The position numbers and the translations under genes were made by a program. From assembly GCA_951406725.2 (NCBI GenBank), contig OX597834.1, positions 30,442,001-30,506,000 on the forward strand: a stretch of 64,000 nt of DNA. The letters are read 5' to 3'. Position 1 is the first letter of the stretch. The number at the start of each line of letters is the position of its first letter. Below the pieces are notes generated by a model. The model was not told the origin of the DNA, made no database searches, and saw only the letters and a program-made list of their open reading frames with translations. This stretch comes from Octopus vulgaris. Its lineage: Eukaryota. This document shows, piece after piece, positions 37,915 through 51,359 of this stretch.

Positions 37915-38950
37915 TCAGGTAGATGGCCCTGCTCGAGATATAGAGAAGGTAGACACTTTATGAGATGTTCCTGGTGTAAGCTATGAACATATAAAAGGTG
38001 CATCAATATCAGAGGAAGGTTAAAAGGGAAAATAACTTTTGTGTGTGGAAGATTGCACAGGTACAATAAAGACCGAAAATGTACAGAAAAGAGACTCCAT
38101 CAACTGCCAGTGGTGTAAACTAGAGGTAGTAGATAGCTTCCATTATCTAGGTGACCTAGTGATTAGTGGAGGTAGGTGCTCCAAGAGTGTAGCTGTGAGA
38201 ATAAGAATAGGCTGGGCAAAGTTCAGAGAGTTCCTGTCTCTGCTGGCAACAAAGGGTTTCTCTCTGAGTGAAAGGCAGACTGTATGATGCTTGTGTGGAA
38301 ACAGGTATGCTACATGGCAGTGAAACATGGGCTGTGACAGTCGAGGACATGTGTAGGCTTGAGAGAAATGAAGCCAGTATGCTTCACTGGATGTGCAATG
38401 GCAGTGTGCATGTTTGACAGAGTGTAAGTATCTCGAGAGAAAAGTTGGGCATAAGAGGAATCAGATGTGGTGTGCGCTGGTAGACAACTGCGCTGCTATG
38501 GTCATGTAATGGGTATGGATGAGGACAGCTGTATAAAGACGTGCCAGTCTCTAACTGTGGAGGGAACCTGTGGTAGGGGTAGACTCAGGAAGACATGGGA
38601 TGAAGTGATGAAGCATGATCTTTGAACTTTGAGCCTCACAGAGGCAATGATTAGTGACAGACCTTTGATGATATGCTGTGTTTAAAAAGCCCTGTCAAGC
38701 CAAGTGAAATTGTAGATGTGGTTGATGCTGGTGACACGTAAAAAAATACTGGTGTCGTGCAAATGACACGTAAAAGCATCCATTACACTCTTGGAGTGGT
38801 TGGTATTAGGAAAGGCATCCAACCGTAGAAACCATGCCAAATAAGACCGGGGTCTGGTGCAGCCTTCCATCTTGCCAGCCTTGGTCAAACCATCCAACCC
38901 ATGCCAGCATGGACAGCAGACACTAAATGATGATGATGATGATGATGATA
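37915..38950 (+). mobile_element. 5'-truncated, frameshifted RTE-clade LINE with 3' UTR and (GAT)n tail
   Basis: Translates GRWPCS..FVCG..LEVVDSFHYLGD..RIRIGWAKFRE..MLHGSETWAVT..RKTWDEV, then ggaaaggcatcc..cccatgccagcatgga..(gat)n. Confidence 0.9.
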
Positions 38951-40278
38951 TATATATATGCACACACATGTATACACATGTGTAGTTTTTGTGTACCCTT
39001 GTCTCAGCATCAAGGTATGGTTGTATACCACTTCAGTTTGTTTCCTAACCACATTGTTCCCAGTTTAGTTCCACTGCATGGCACCATTGGGCAAGAATCT
39101 TCTTCTATATCCCTGGGTCAACCAAATTGTTATGAGTGTATCTGCTTGGTGGAAACTGAAAGAAGCTTGTCATGTGTGTAAGTATGTTTGTGTATCTCCT
39201 TGCCACAACAAAATAGTTGTAACCAAGCACTATGATCATACAAGTGATGTCACTTGTTTCCCAATCTTCCATGAAAACTTGTCCGACCATGGATAAAATA
39301 ATACCTTGCTTGGAAACTGGGGAGTGTTTGTTGATGGGGAAAGACATCTGGCTGTAGGAAATCTGTCTGAACAATTTCCATCCAACTCCTGGAAAAGGGG
39401 ATGTTAAAAACGAAGCCAACGATTATAACAATAGTGGTGGTGATGATGATAATGGTTATTCTCCATAAATCAACCAGATTTCATCTAAAAAGGGTACTTA
39501 AATGTAACCTAAGCTGATGCCGTTTTATTTCCCATTTTAAGTGGACAGGTGTAATTATACAATTTCTAATGTTCTCTCAAGGTGATTTTTATTCCTCTGT
39601 AACTTTACCTCAGTTATTATAAAACTTCAAGGGGTACATTTTCTTTCATTGTGTTTTACCAGCAAATAAAATCCCCTTTTTTTTTTTTTTTTTTTTTTTT
39701 TAATGGCCAGATATAGTTGGTTCTGTGAAAGGAGAAGTTTTAAAATCAGAACAGTAGATTGCACATAGTTGTTCTTTTTTTTTTTGTTGTTGTTTTGTTT
39801 TCACCCTTTCAAGTAATAGATGCTGAAAGGAAAACAAGTCAGTTTTGTTAGAAACATGATGATGATGATGACAAGGTTAGGAATGAAAAACAAAGTAAAA
39901 ACAAAAAAAAGTTATATTGATACAGTGCATGCATGGCACCTTCGGGTGACCAAAGCCTTGTGAGTGGATTTGGTACACAGTAACTGAAAGATCACACACA
40001 CACACAATATGGATGTGTGTATGTCTTTGCGTTTATCCTTCATTGCTGCTTGACAGCCAACCAGTGTTGGTTCATTTACATCCTCATAACTTAGTGGTTT
40101 AGCAAAACAGACTAATAAGATAAGTACCAGGTTTAGAGAAAAAAATAGGTACTGGGGTCAGTTCACTCAACTAAAAACTCTTCAAAGTGGTGCCCCAGCA
40201 TGGCCGCAGCCTAATGCCTGCAACCGAGTAAAAGATATATGTATAGAAAGGAAAGTGAAAAAAAAAAAAAATGAAGTT

Positions 40279-40690
40279 AGGCACAGGAGTGGCTGTGTGG
40301 TAAGTAGCTTGTTTACCAACCACATGGTTCCGGGTTCAGTCCCACTGCGTGGCACCTTGGGCAAGTGTCTTCTACTATAGCCTCGGGCCGACCAATGCCT
40401 TGTGAGTGGATTTGGTAGACAGAAACTGAAAGAAGCCCGTCGTATATATATATATATATATATATATGCGTGTGTGTGTCTGTGTTTGTCCCCTTAGCAT
40501 TACTTGACAACCGATGCTGGTGTGTTTATGTCCCCGTTACTTAGCGGTTCGGCAAAAGAGACCGATAGAATAAGTACTGGGCTTACAAAAGAACAAGTCC
40601 CGGGGTCGAGTTGCGCGATTAAAAGGCGGTGCTCCAGCATGGCCGCAGTCAAACGACTGAAACAATTAAAAGAGTAAAAGAGTAAGAGTA
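40279..40690 (+). mobile_element. SINE family A (young); the duplication breakpoint lies inside it
   Basis: Full-length; 3' portion repeated at 42358-42678. Confidence 0.9.
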
Positions 40691-41199
40691 GGGAGCCCAT
40701 TAAATATGTCACATGAATGACCTAGATTACTCAAGAAAAACCCAACCAAACCCTGCATTATTGGAATATAAAAATCTGCGTTGCTCTTTGCCACTTGCAG
40801 AAGGCTAAAAATAAACAACAACAAAAAGTTCCCCACCATTTCATATTTAACAAGGAATTGGTTGTCCACTGTAAGATAAGCTTAAGTTTGTAAACAACAT
40901 TATTGGTTGAAGGAAATTTCGTTTCAGTGGTGGTGGGTGACGTATATATATATATATATATATATACCCTTCCCTTCGTATACATACATACACCGCACAC
41001 ATTCTCTTCTCCACCTTTTCCTCTTACTTCGTTTTTTTTTGTCTTTCTTAATGAAAACCACTTCTTTCCCTCCTTGAAACCTCAATGGGTGCACTTGTGT
41101 GTGTGTGTGTGTGCGTGTGTGACACTGCTAGTGTGCACCTCCAAACCCCCAACCCTGTATGTTTCTGTTTATGCGTGTATTTTTAGGAAAATGTGTGTG

Positions 41200-41234
<35 letters not shown>

Positions 41235-41548
41235 GTGGTTATTTTGTTGCTATATACACACACACACACACACACACACGCATGCATGTATATACTCAGA
41301 TTTTGGTAATGGAGGGTCTTAAAGTTACAATCACTTGCAGAGTGCTCCTAACTCTGGCAACTTCATCTCATAATATATCTATTTAGGTCAACTATATTTT
41401 CTCAATGTTTCCTTAATTTATTTTTCTGTTGTTCTTTTCCTCTCAAGAAGAAATGTTTTGTCAATTTAACTTCTTATACATATGTGGTGTGTGTGTGTAT
41501 TCATCTCTCTCTCTCTCTATCTATCTATCTATTTATCTATCTATCTAT

Positions 41549-41854
41549 ATCTCAAGATATAACTTTGTATTGTGTAATATAGATAGATAGATAGATCATC
41601 ATCATCATTTAGCGTCCGTTTTCCATGCTAGCATGGGTTGGACGGTTCAACTGGGGTCTGTGAAGCCGGAAGGCTTCATCAGGCCCAGTCAAACACTGCC
41701 AGATCTGACTGGGCCTAATGAAGCCTTCCGGCTTCACAGATCCCAGTTGAACCGTCCAACCCATGCTAGCATGGAAAACGGACACTAAATGATGATGATG
41801 ATGATGATCTATCTATCTATCTATATTACAAAATACAAAGTTATATCTTGAGAT
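41549..41854. repeat. Foldback palindrome (~145-bp arms) of an RTE 3' tail plus flanking DNA
   Basis: atctcaagatataactttgtat...gcccagtca / tgactgggc...atacaaagttatatcttgagat; few mismatches, 14-nt spacer. Confidence 0.9.
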
Positions 41855-43532
41855 CGCTAGTGACAACAACACTCAAAATATATAACAGATTGGAATAGTA
41901 GTGCTCAAATGAGCTGTATACACTTTTTAATCCGAGGGGAGGCAATGTGAGCAGCAACTAAAGGAACATTACAAAATCCACAGAAAGATCAAACACATAC
42001 ATATATTCATATATTCATTTATATCTACAGAACAGATATAAAATCCGACGCTTAATAATATAGTAATATATAAATATATAAACATCGCACGTAAAAAGCA
42101 TCCACTACACTCACGGAGTGGTTGGTGTTAGGAAGGGCATCCAGCTGTAGAAACATTGCCAGATCAGACTGGGCCTGGTGCAGCCTTCTGGCTTCCCAGA
42201 CCCCAGTTGAACCGTCCAACCCATGCTAGCATGGAAAGTGGACGCTAAATGATGATGATATAAGAATCAATGTTGCATATATATGTTGCTATCTATCTAT
42301 ATGTATACCATGAAACGGAGTTACTTTGAACAGTTTTAGACTTCTTATTGCAATAATTTCTACTATAGCCTCGGGCCGACCAATGCCTTGTGAGTGGATT
42401 TGGTAGACAGAAACTGAAAGAAGCCCGTCGTATATATATATATATATATATATATGCGTGTGTGTGTCTGTGTTTGTCCCCTTAGCATTACTTGACAACC
42501 GATGCTGGTGTGTTTATGTCCCCGTTACTTAGCGGTTCGGCAAAAGAGACCGATAGAATAAGTACTGGGCTTACAAAAGAACAAGTCCCGGGGTCGAGTT
42601 GCGCGATTAAAAGGCGGTGCTCCAGCATGGCCGCAGTCAAACGACTGAAACAATTAAAAGAGTAAAAGAGTAAGAGTAGGGAGCCCATTAAATATGTCAC
42701 ATGAATGACCTAGATTACTCAAGAAAAACCCAACCAAACCCTGCATTATTGGAATATAAAAATCTGCGTTGCTCTTTGCCACTTGCAGAAGGCTAAAAAT
42801 AAACAACAACAAAAAGTTCCCCACCATTTCATATTTAACAAGGAATTGGTTGTCCACTGTAAGATAAGCTTAAGTTTGTAAACAACATTATTGGTTGAAG
42901 GAAATTTCGTTTCAGTGGTGGTGGGTGACGTATATATATATATATATATATATACCCTTCCCTTCGTATACATACATACACCGCACACATTCTCTTCTCC
43001 ACCTTTTCCTCTTACTTCGTTTTTTTTTGTCTTTCTTAATGAAAACCACTTCTTTCCCTCCTTGAAACCTCAATGGGTGCACTTGTGTGTGTGTGTGTGT
43101 GCGTGTGTGACACTGCTAGTGTGCACCTCCAAACCCCCAACCCTGTATGTTTCTGTTTATGCGTGTATTTTTAGGAAAATGTGTGTGTATAAATATATAT
43201 ATATATATATATATGTAGGTGGTTATTTTGTTGCTATATACACACACACACACACACACACACGCATGCATGTATATACTCAGATTTTGGTAATGGAGGG
43301 TCTTAAAGTTACAATCACTTGCAGAGTGCTCCTAACTCTGGCAACTTCATCTCATAATATATCTATTTAGGTCAACTATATTTTCTCAATGTTTCCTTAA
43401 TTTATTTTTCTGTTGTTCTTTTCCTCTCAAGAAGAAATGTTTTGTCAATTTAACTTCTTATACATATGTGGTGTGTGTGTGTATTCATCTCTCTCTCTCT
43501 CTATCTATCTATCTATTTATCTATCTATCTAT

Positions 43533-43839
43533 ATCTCAAGATATAACTTTGTATTGTGTAATATAGATAGATAGATAGATCATCATCATCATTTAGCGTC
43601 CGTTTTCCATGCTAGCATGGGTTGGACGGTTCAACTGGGGTCTGTGAAGCCGGAAGGCTTCATCAGGCCCAGTCAAACACTGCCCAGATCTGACTGGGCC
43701 TAATGAAGCCTTCCGGCTTCACAGATCCCAGTTGAACCGTCCAACCCATGCTAGCATGGAAAACGGACACTAAATGATGATGATGATGATGATCTATCTA
43801 TCTATCTATATTACAAAATACAAAGTTATATCTTGAGAT
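43533..43839. repeat. Duplicate copy of the 41549-41854 foldback palindrome
   Basis: Lies in copy 2 of the tandem duplication. Confidence 0.9.
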
Positions 43840-44939
43840 CGCTAGTGACAACAACACTCAAAATATATAACAGATTGGAATAGTAGTGCTCAAATGAGCT
43901 GTATACACTTTTTAATCCGAGGGGAGGCAATGTGAGCAGCAACTAAAGGAACATTACAAAATCCACAGAAAGATCAAACACATACATATATTCATATATT
44001 CATTTATATCTACAGAACAGATATAAAATCCGACGCTTAATAATATAGTAATATATAAATATATAAACATCGCACGTAAAAAGCATCCACTACACTCACG
44101 GAGTGGTTGGTGTTAGGAAGGGCATCCAGCTGTAGAAACATTGCCAGATCAGACTGGGCCTGGTGCAGCCTTCTGGCTTCCCAGACCCCAGTTGAACCGT
44201 CCAACCCATGCTAGCATGGAAAGTGGACGCTAAATGATGATGATATAAGAATCAATGTTGCATATATATGTTGCTATCTATCTATATATATGTATACCAT
44301 GAAACGGAGTTACTTTGAACAGTTTTAGACTTCTTATTGCAATAATTTTATAACCTTTTTTTTCAATCAACTAAATTTGACTATCTTAGGGGGACTAAAA
44401 GGTATTTTTCTTTATATAATTGTCGCTGTTCAAAGTAACCCCTGATTTAGGGTTAATTTTAACAGTAATGTTTTCTTTTTACTTATGGCCAAGCACTCCT
44501 AAATCCATAGCATCAAATGGAAACCCTCATTCTGCAACAGCTGTAATGTGAACAACAAATGCTGCTGCTTCTTTTTCAGTGATCACTCTGGTGGGTGACC
44601 AGGTTGTCTGCTATGCTTATTGTTCAATCTATGGCTCAGAGTTCCGATTGGAATTTTATAAACAACACTGGCTTTTCGGAGGGTAATTTTTTTTGCTTTA
44701 ATATCTCTTACTGCTTTATCCAGACTCTTGGCTATAGGACTTATAGCTTAGAGAATCAGGTTTTCTTTTACAAATTCTTGGCATAACTATTTGGTTAATG
44801 CTAATCTCGATCCAAACTACAAGCTGATCCTTAAAGAAAAAAGAAACAGAGAATATGGTTTAAAGAATTAGACTTTGCAACAGAGAGAAAAACTGATTCT
44901 GGTTATCACACCATAATGAAAAAAACGATAAATTTGGGG

Positions 44940-45690
44940 TTACACCCTTCCTAACACCATCTGCATGATAGATTGTGCTGAATGCTTTTTTCATGTGGGT
45001 CCAGCACAGGTGCTCTTTACGTGGCACCAACACAGGTGCTCTTTATGTGGGCCCAACATGGGTACTCTTCATGTGGTGCTGACACAGGTACTTTTTTTTT
45101 ACATGGCACTGGCACAGGGCCCTTGCAGGTCAATCCGCTTCAACAGGAGCAGTAGCATTAACACTTCTGCTGTGGAGGATGGGTCTTCTGCTTAAGTACA
45201 GCAAGGTGCCAGATATCTTGGCCTCTTTGTCATCAACTTTGTAAGGTTCAGTGTTCTGAGAGCGTCCTTCAGTACTTCATCCCAGTTTTTCTTGGGTCTC
45301 TCTCTTCCATGAGTTTCACCCACTTTGAGTGTTTGGCATTTCTTTATAGAGCTGTTAACATCCTTCCACGTCACATGACCAAACCAGTGCACTCTCCTCT
45401 CTTGCACACTGCATCTAATTCCTCTTATGCCTAACTTTTTTCTCAACACACTGGCACTCTGTCACACAGGAACACTTACATTGCACATCCAATGAAGCAT
45501 ACCAGCCTCATTCCTCTTCAGCTTTTGCATGTCTTCTGAATTCAGGGTCCATGTCTGACTACCATGTAGAATCATTGTCCCTATATCATCATTCAATCTT
45601 CCTTTCACTCACAGAGAGAGCGAGAGACCTTTGGTTGCCAACAGAGGTAAAAGTTCTCTAAATTTTCTCTGTCCTGTTTTTTATTCTAAC
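44940..45690 (-). mobile_element. Decayed RTE LINE 3' fragment
   Basis: ORF LRKKLGIRGIRCSVQERRVHWFGHV...RPKKNWDEVLK; 3' UTR remnant. Confidence 0.85.
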
Positions 45691-48600
45691 TGAAGCAATA
45701 TTCTTTGAATCCCTTCGAACGTCCCCACCACCACCAAAAAGTAACCGAAAATATATAAAGAAACAAAAATCAAAACAGCCCCTGGCATCACCACCATATC
45801 ACATTCTGCAAAATAAAAAAAATTTAAATTTTTTAGAAAATAAGAAATTTTCCAAAAGCCGTAAATTAAATTTTGCTATTTTATTAGAATATCTTGACTT
45901 TGCATTTTAAATGTCTCTTCCTTTAAAGAATTTTTGCTTTTTTGAGGAATAGCTTTTAAAGTTTATTTGAAGGATGTGTGTCATATCAATATGTAAATTA
46001 AATACACATATGCATATAAACACACACACACGTACACACCCTAGATGCATCTAGGTGCAGACATGGCTATGTGCTTTGGAAGTTCATTTTGAAATCACAA
46101 GGTTTTAGGTTCAGTCCCACTGCACAGTACCTGTCTTCAACTATAATGATGGGATGACCAATGCCTTGTGAGTGCATTTGGTGAACATAAAGAATTTGTA
46201 GAATTCTTAATTTTGTTATTTTCTTTTCATCATTTAAAATCCATGTTCCATACTGGCCCAGGTTGAACAGTTTGACAGGATCTGATAGGTCAGAGGACTG
46301 CATTGTGCTCCAGTGTCTGTTTTTGGCTTGGTTTCTACTGTTGGATGCCCTTCTTATTGCCCCAGCACTCAACAGCATGGTACTGTGTACTTCTTTTCAT
46401 GCCACTGGCACTAGTGAGGTTGCTGTAATAGTATAGTGTTTGAAAGCAACAATAATTATCATCAGGTGTTATAAGGGTTAAAAACTGTGATAAGCTTTTG
46501 ATAAATGAAAAATCAGTTGACTGAGAACATAAGTTGTTTGTTTGTTGTTTTTTTTTTAATTTGTAATACAAATGTGGAGAGTTCATAATAAAATAGATTA
46601 TATCAAAAGGAAAAAGATGAAAGAATAATTGCTAAAATAAAAAGAATCAACCAAAGAACAAGAGTGTTCTTAAGTGGTTCAAAGGCCAACTTGAATCTAA
46701 TTGACAACCAAAGAAAATCAAACAGATTGATGGTTAGAGAGCAGGTGCTAGAGATAAACTTACTGCCTACCTGAGTGAATTCATCATCATTGTCATTATT
46801 CTAACGTCGTCCACTTTTCCGTGCTTGAATAGGTCGGATGGAGTTTATTGAGGCAGATTTTTTTATGATTGGATGCCCTTGTCACCAGCCCTCATCTTGC
46901 TTTCAAATGAGCTAATATTTACATCCATGTCCAGACATCAGCATCGTTTAACGTTCGCTTTCCATGCTGGCATGGGTTGGATGGTGCAACTGGGGTCTGG
47001 GAAGCCAGAAGGCTGCACCAGGCCCAGTCTGATCTGCCAATGTTTCTACGGCTGGATGCCCATCCTAACGCCAACTATTTTTACAAAATATTGGGAATAA
47101 ACGACACTGCTTGTATAACAATGACACTCATTTACAACAATTTATGTTCCTAACACTATCTTAATCATAAATAAGTTATTTTACTAAATTCTTCGTTATA
47201 TTTAAAATTAATTGAAAGAAATACAGAGCATCTCAAAATAAATACAGTAACAAAAGGATTAATAAACTATTTTGTCTTGATGTTTTAGACAGTTAATAAC
47301 ATTATCTATGTACTAATAATTCTTTGTAACTTTGGCACAAGGCCGGCAATTTTAAGTGGAGGGAGACGCCAAATACGTTTACCCCACCTTCCCCAATGCT
47401 TATTTTAGTGACCCTGAAAGGATGAATGGCAAAGTCTACCTTGACAGAATTTGAGCTCAGCCCATAAAGAGCCTGAAGAAATGCCACTAAGCATTTTGTC
47501 AGACACACGAATGGTTCTACCAGATTACTGCCATTGTCTCTGTACTACTATTACTTCTACTGCTAATAATAATAATAACAACAACAACAATAACTTGAAG
47601 AGTATTCCTATGTATTTTTGATATTCCCAAATTTCCTGAGTAATTCTTAGAACATGACATTAATCATAATTTTAATGATGGCAAAAATGACTGATAAATT
47701 CTATTGCGATTGTGCTGTAATTGGTGGCGCCATAAACAGCTGCAATTATCCACCCACTCCTTCAGTCATCCATCCTAAAGCACTGATGGGTATAAAACAA
47801 TTTTTTTGACAGTTTACAAGAAAATTATTTCCCTGAGCCTTAATGATGTTTCTTTTACATTTGTATTCAGTATCTTATTTATATATGTGTGTATTTTTTT
47901 GTTCAGCCATCAGTTGAGAAAAATATCCTAGGGCTGCCATCTGCTTAGACAACTAATAGATAAGTCAGTGCTAATATAATGCAAGGAATAAAACATTGGA
48001 AAATATTAGCTCAGTGGTGATGATGCTGGGATCATAATTTCTACCATTCACCATTGGCCCTTGTTATGAATGGTCTTGTGGAATTTTGTCAATGCTGCTA
48101 TGGTGGCTGTTTGTGTTAATGAATGAAAATATGTCTTTTGGCTGCGTGAAGAAGTAACTGAACAGCACCTGCAAACATTTAATAGTAGAAGTAATTGTTG
48201 TGCATGAAGATAAATTATGCTGGCCATTTAACAGTTAACAAAACAATAATTACAGACAAGGAGAGAAGGGAAAACTGTGCCACATCTGAAGAAGTTGCTG
48301 ATGAGACATTGTGTGAATGTTTAATTCAGGCTGTCCTGAAATGTCTGGAACCATTGGATGGCAAGAACAGAGGCACATGTTGCTCAGTATTCTGCTGAGT
48401 AGGAGGTGAAACGTGTGAATGAGTCAGCTGCTCTCAATGCTCAGCAAAGAGTAATGGCACCAAAATCAGCTTTATAAGTTAATTTTTTAACATCCATGTT
48501 CCATGCTGTCATGGGTTGGGAGGATATATGTATATGTGTAGGTGTTCTTGGATTCTTAGTTTATGGTGGTTAAGTTAATTTTTTGGCTCAAAAAGCAAAA

Positions 48601-49526
48601 AGCAAGGCCATGTAGGGGGACATGGAGTTATGTACAGGGAGGGTGTTCATGCAAAGAGTTCAGGCCATTTCTGGTCAAGAGGGTCTTTGAACCGAGCAGG
48701 CGTCGGCATCTTCACTATATAGGGTACAAGGAGAAGATTTGAGAAGATGTGACGGCTTCACACTGATTGACCACTTAATAGACTGATCACATAAAACTAT
48801 TGTCTGACCGGTCACCTGACAATTAGGCTTCAGATTGTTTTGCTACCCAATTTCTGTTGAAATACTCTGCTTTCATTCCAAATATTTTTGAACCTAATGA
48901 AGATTTTTGTGAATTCATCATCATCATCGTTTAACGTCCGCTTTCCATGCTTGCATGGGTTGGATGCTTCGACTGGGGTCTGGGAAGCCAGAAGGCTGCA
49001 CCAGGCCCAGTCTGATCTGGCAGTGTTATCTACCTCAATAAACCCTGTCCAACCCAGGCAAGCATGGAAAAGTGGACATTAAAATGATGACAAATTTCTT
49101 CAGGTAGGACAGAAGAATTTACCACCCACTTCTTAGCCATCAATCTTTTGAATTTTCTTTGATTGTTAATTACATTCAAAAGGCCCTTTGTACTCCTTGT
49201 TTATGAGATCCATTATTCTCTTGTTTCAGCCACCATAAATCATTAATCTTTATTCTTTTGACATAACCTATTTTATCATGTGTTGCTCTTCACTTTTGTC
49301 TTAACAAATAAACTTTATTTATATTCCACAATCAGATAAGCCTCCTTCTGTTATCTAGAGCATTGTTGTAAGACTATCATGTTTTGAACCTGATAACAAT
49401 TATTGATGCCTCAGATGCTGTGAAGAAGAAAACATAAAACTTTATACAGTTGGACACGCTCGTATGATTTCTTTGAACATTATTACAGATGCAGTTCATA
49501 ACTGTATACATGTAATTCATAACTGT

Positions 49527-49564
<38 letters not shown>

Positions 49565-49566
<2 letters not shown>

Positions 49567-49810
49567 CATCATCATCATCGTTTAGCGTCCGCTTTTCATG
49601 CTGGCATGGGTTGGACGGTGCAACTGGGGTCTGGGAAGCCGGAAGGCTGCACCAGGCCCTGTCTGATCTGCCAATGTTTCTACTGCTGGATGCCCTTCCT
49701 AACGCCAACCACTCCATGAGTGTAGTGGGTGCTTTTTACGTGCCACTGGCACAGGTGCCAGCCAAGGCTGGCAAACGGCCACGGTCGGATGGTGCTTTTT
49801 ATGTGCCACC
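49565..49810 (-). mobile_element. RTE 3'-tail element
   Basis: Same family as 27034-27385. Confidence 0.85.
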
Positions 49811-49828
49811 ATATATATATATATGTGT

Positions 49829-50131
49829 GGAGGCACAATGGCCCAGTGGTTAGGGTAGCGGACTCACGGTTGTAGGATCGTGGTTTCGATTCCCAGACCG
49901 GGTGTTGTGAGTGGTTATTGAGCGAAAACACCTAAAGCTCCACGAGGCTCCGGCAGGGGATGGTGGTGATCCCTGCTCTACTCCTTTGCCACAACTTTCT
50001 TCACTCTTTCTTCTGTTCGCCTGCTCGCTTAGCCAGCGGGGTGGTGTCATGTGAAGGCTAAAGCAATGCGAAGCGCATTGTGACCAGCAATGTGTAGCAA
50101 CATCTGATAGTCTGGTCAGTTACGGTGATAT
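49829..50131 (+). mobile_element. tRNA-derived SINE family D
   Basis: A-box tggcccagtgg, B-box gtttcgattccc, tail gcattgtgaccagc..ctgatag..ggtgata. Confidence 0.85.
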
Positions 50132-50558
50132 ATATACTCTCTTTTCTCTTTTACTTGTTTCAGTCATTTGACTGCGGCCATGCTGGAGCACCGCCTTTAA
50201 GAGCACCGCCTATATATATATATATAAATTAGAAAAAAACCACCTTTTATCAATTCAAAATGAAAAATTAAATTACACCATCTAGAAAATTACATATAAT
50301 AGAAAGATGAAAATATATAATGATGATTAAGTAATGTGCAAAATAATAAATAAAACATATATTTTTATATATATATATGTAGGACAAGTTAGTCTCTTGC
50401 AACACTGAGTTTTACCGGTAGGTTTCACATGAAGACCCTTAGCACCCACAGGTTAAACTCAGAGTAGCAAGAAATTGACGCAACCAAAATAGAAGATATT
50501 ATTTATCTCTTCTATGATATTGAGTACATAGTTTCCATAGTCAAAACTACACACATAT

Positions 50559-50621
<63 letters not shown>

Positions 50622-50744
50622 GCTGTGTGCTTAAGAAGCCTGCTTCTGAACCATGTGATTTGGAGTTCAATCCAAAGCATGGTACTCCTGTGTTTCTTTC
50701 TTTTGCAGGTCCCATTCGTTTCAGCATTTGATATAGCTGTCCTC

Positions 50745-51144
50745 GTGGCTGTGTGGTAAGTAGCTTGCTAACCAACCACATGGTTCCAGGTTCAGTCCCA
50801 CTGCGTGGCATCTTGGGCAAGTGTCTTCTACTATAGCCTCGGGCCGACCAATGCCTTGTGAGTGGATTTGGTAGACGGAAACTGAAAGAAGCCTGTCGTA
50901 TATATATATATGTGTGTGTGTGTGTGTATGTGTTTGTGTGTCTGTGTTTGTCCCCCTAGCATTGCTTGACAACCGATGCTGGTGTGTTTACGTCCCCGTC
51001 ACTTAGCAGTGCGGCAAAAGAGACCGATAGAATAATGTAAAGGGCTTACAAAGAATAAGTCCCGGGGTCGATTTGCTCGACTAAAGGCGGTGCTCCAGCA
51101 TGGCCGCAGTCAAATGACTGAAACAAGTAAAAGAGTAAAGAGTA
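50745..51144 (+). mobile_element. SINE family A (young)
   Basis: Near-consensus copy. Confidence 0.9.
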
Positions 51145-51359
51145 TGTGTGTGTGTATCCAACTCAAACTAGCATACCGTAGCACATCTCAGCCAATAGAT
51201 TATATTTCATCATTAAAACGGCAAATAGTATACAGAATATATAAGATTCTTTCAATAGCAACATGCCACTAGAATAGGATGGGCATGAGAAAGATATGTG
51301 TGAATGTGTACATGTGAATATTTATGTATATGTGTATATAATGGACATTAACTGATTAT

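Larger units (their letters stand above)
40370..44348 (+). repeat. Near-identical ~1.99-kb tandem duplication (40370-42357, 42358-44348)
   Basis: Identical ORF-track entries offset by 1988; junction caataatt|tctactatag with TT microhomology; only microsatellite/homopolymer indels seen. Confidence 0.95.

Noticed and set aside
48195-48398. Cys-rich 67-aa ORF / possible exon
   Set aside because: Non-ATG start, weak acceptor, no canonical donor, no family match.
49829-49905. tRNA gene
   Set aside because: A/B boxes continue into a SINE body with no acceptor stem or terminator; the same applies to SINE-A heads.
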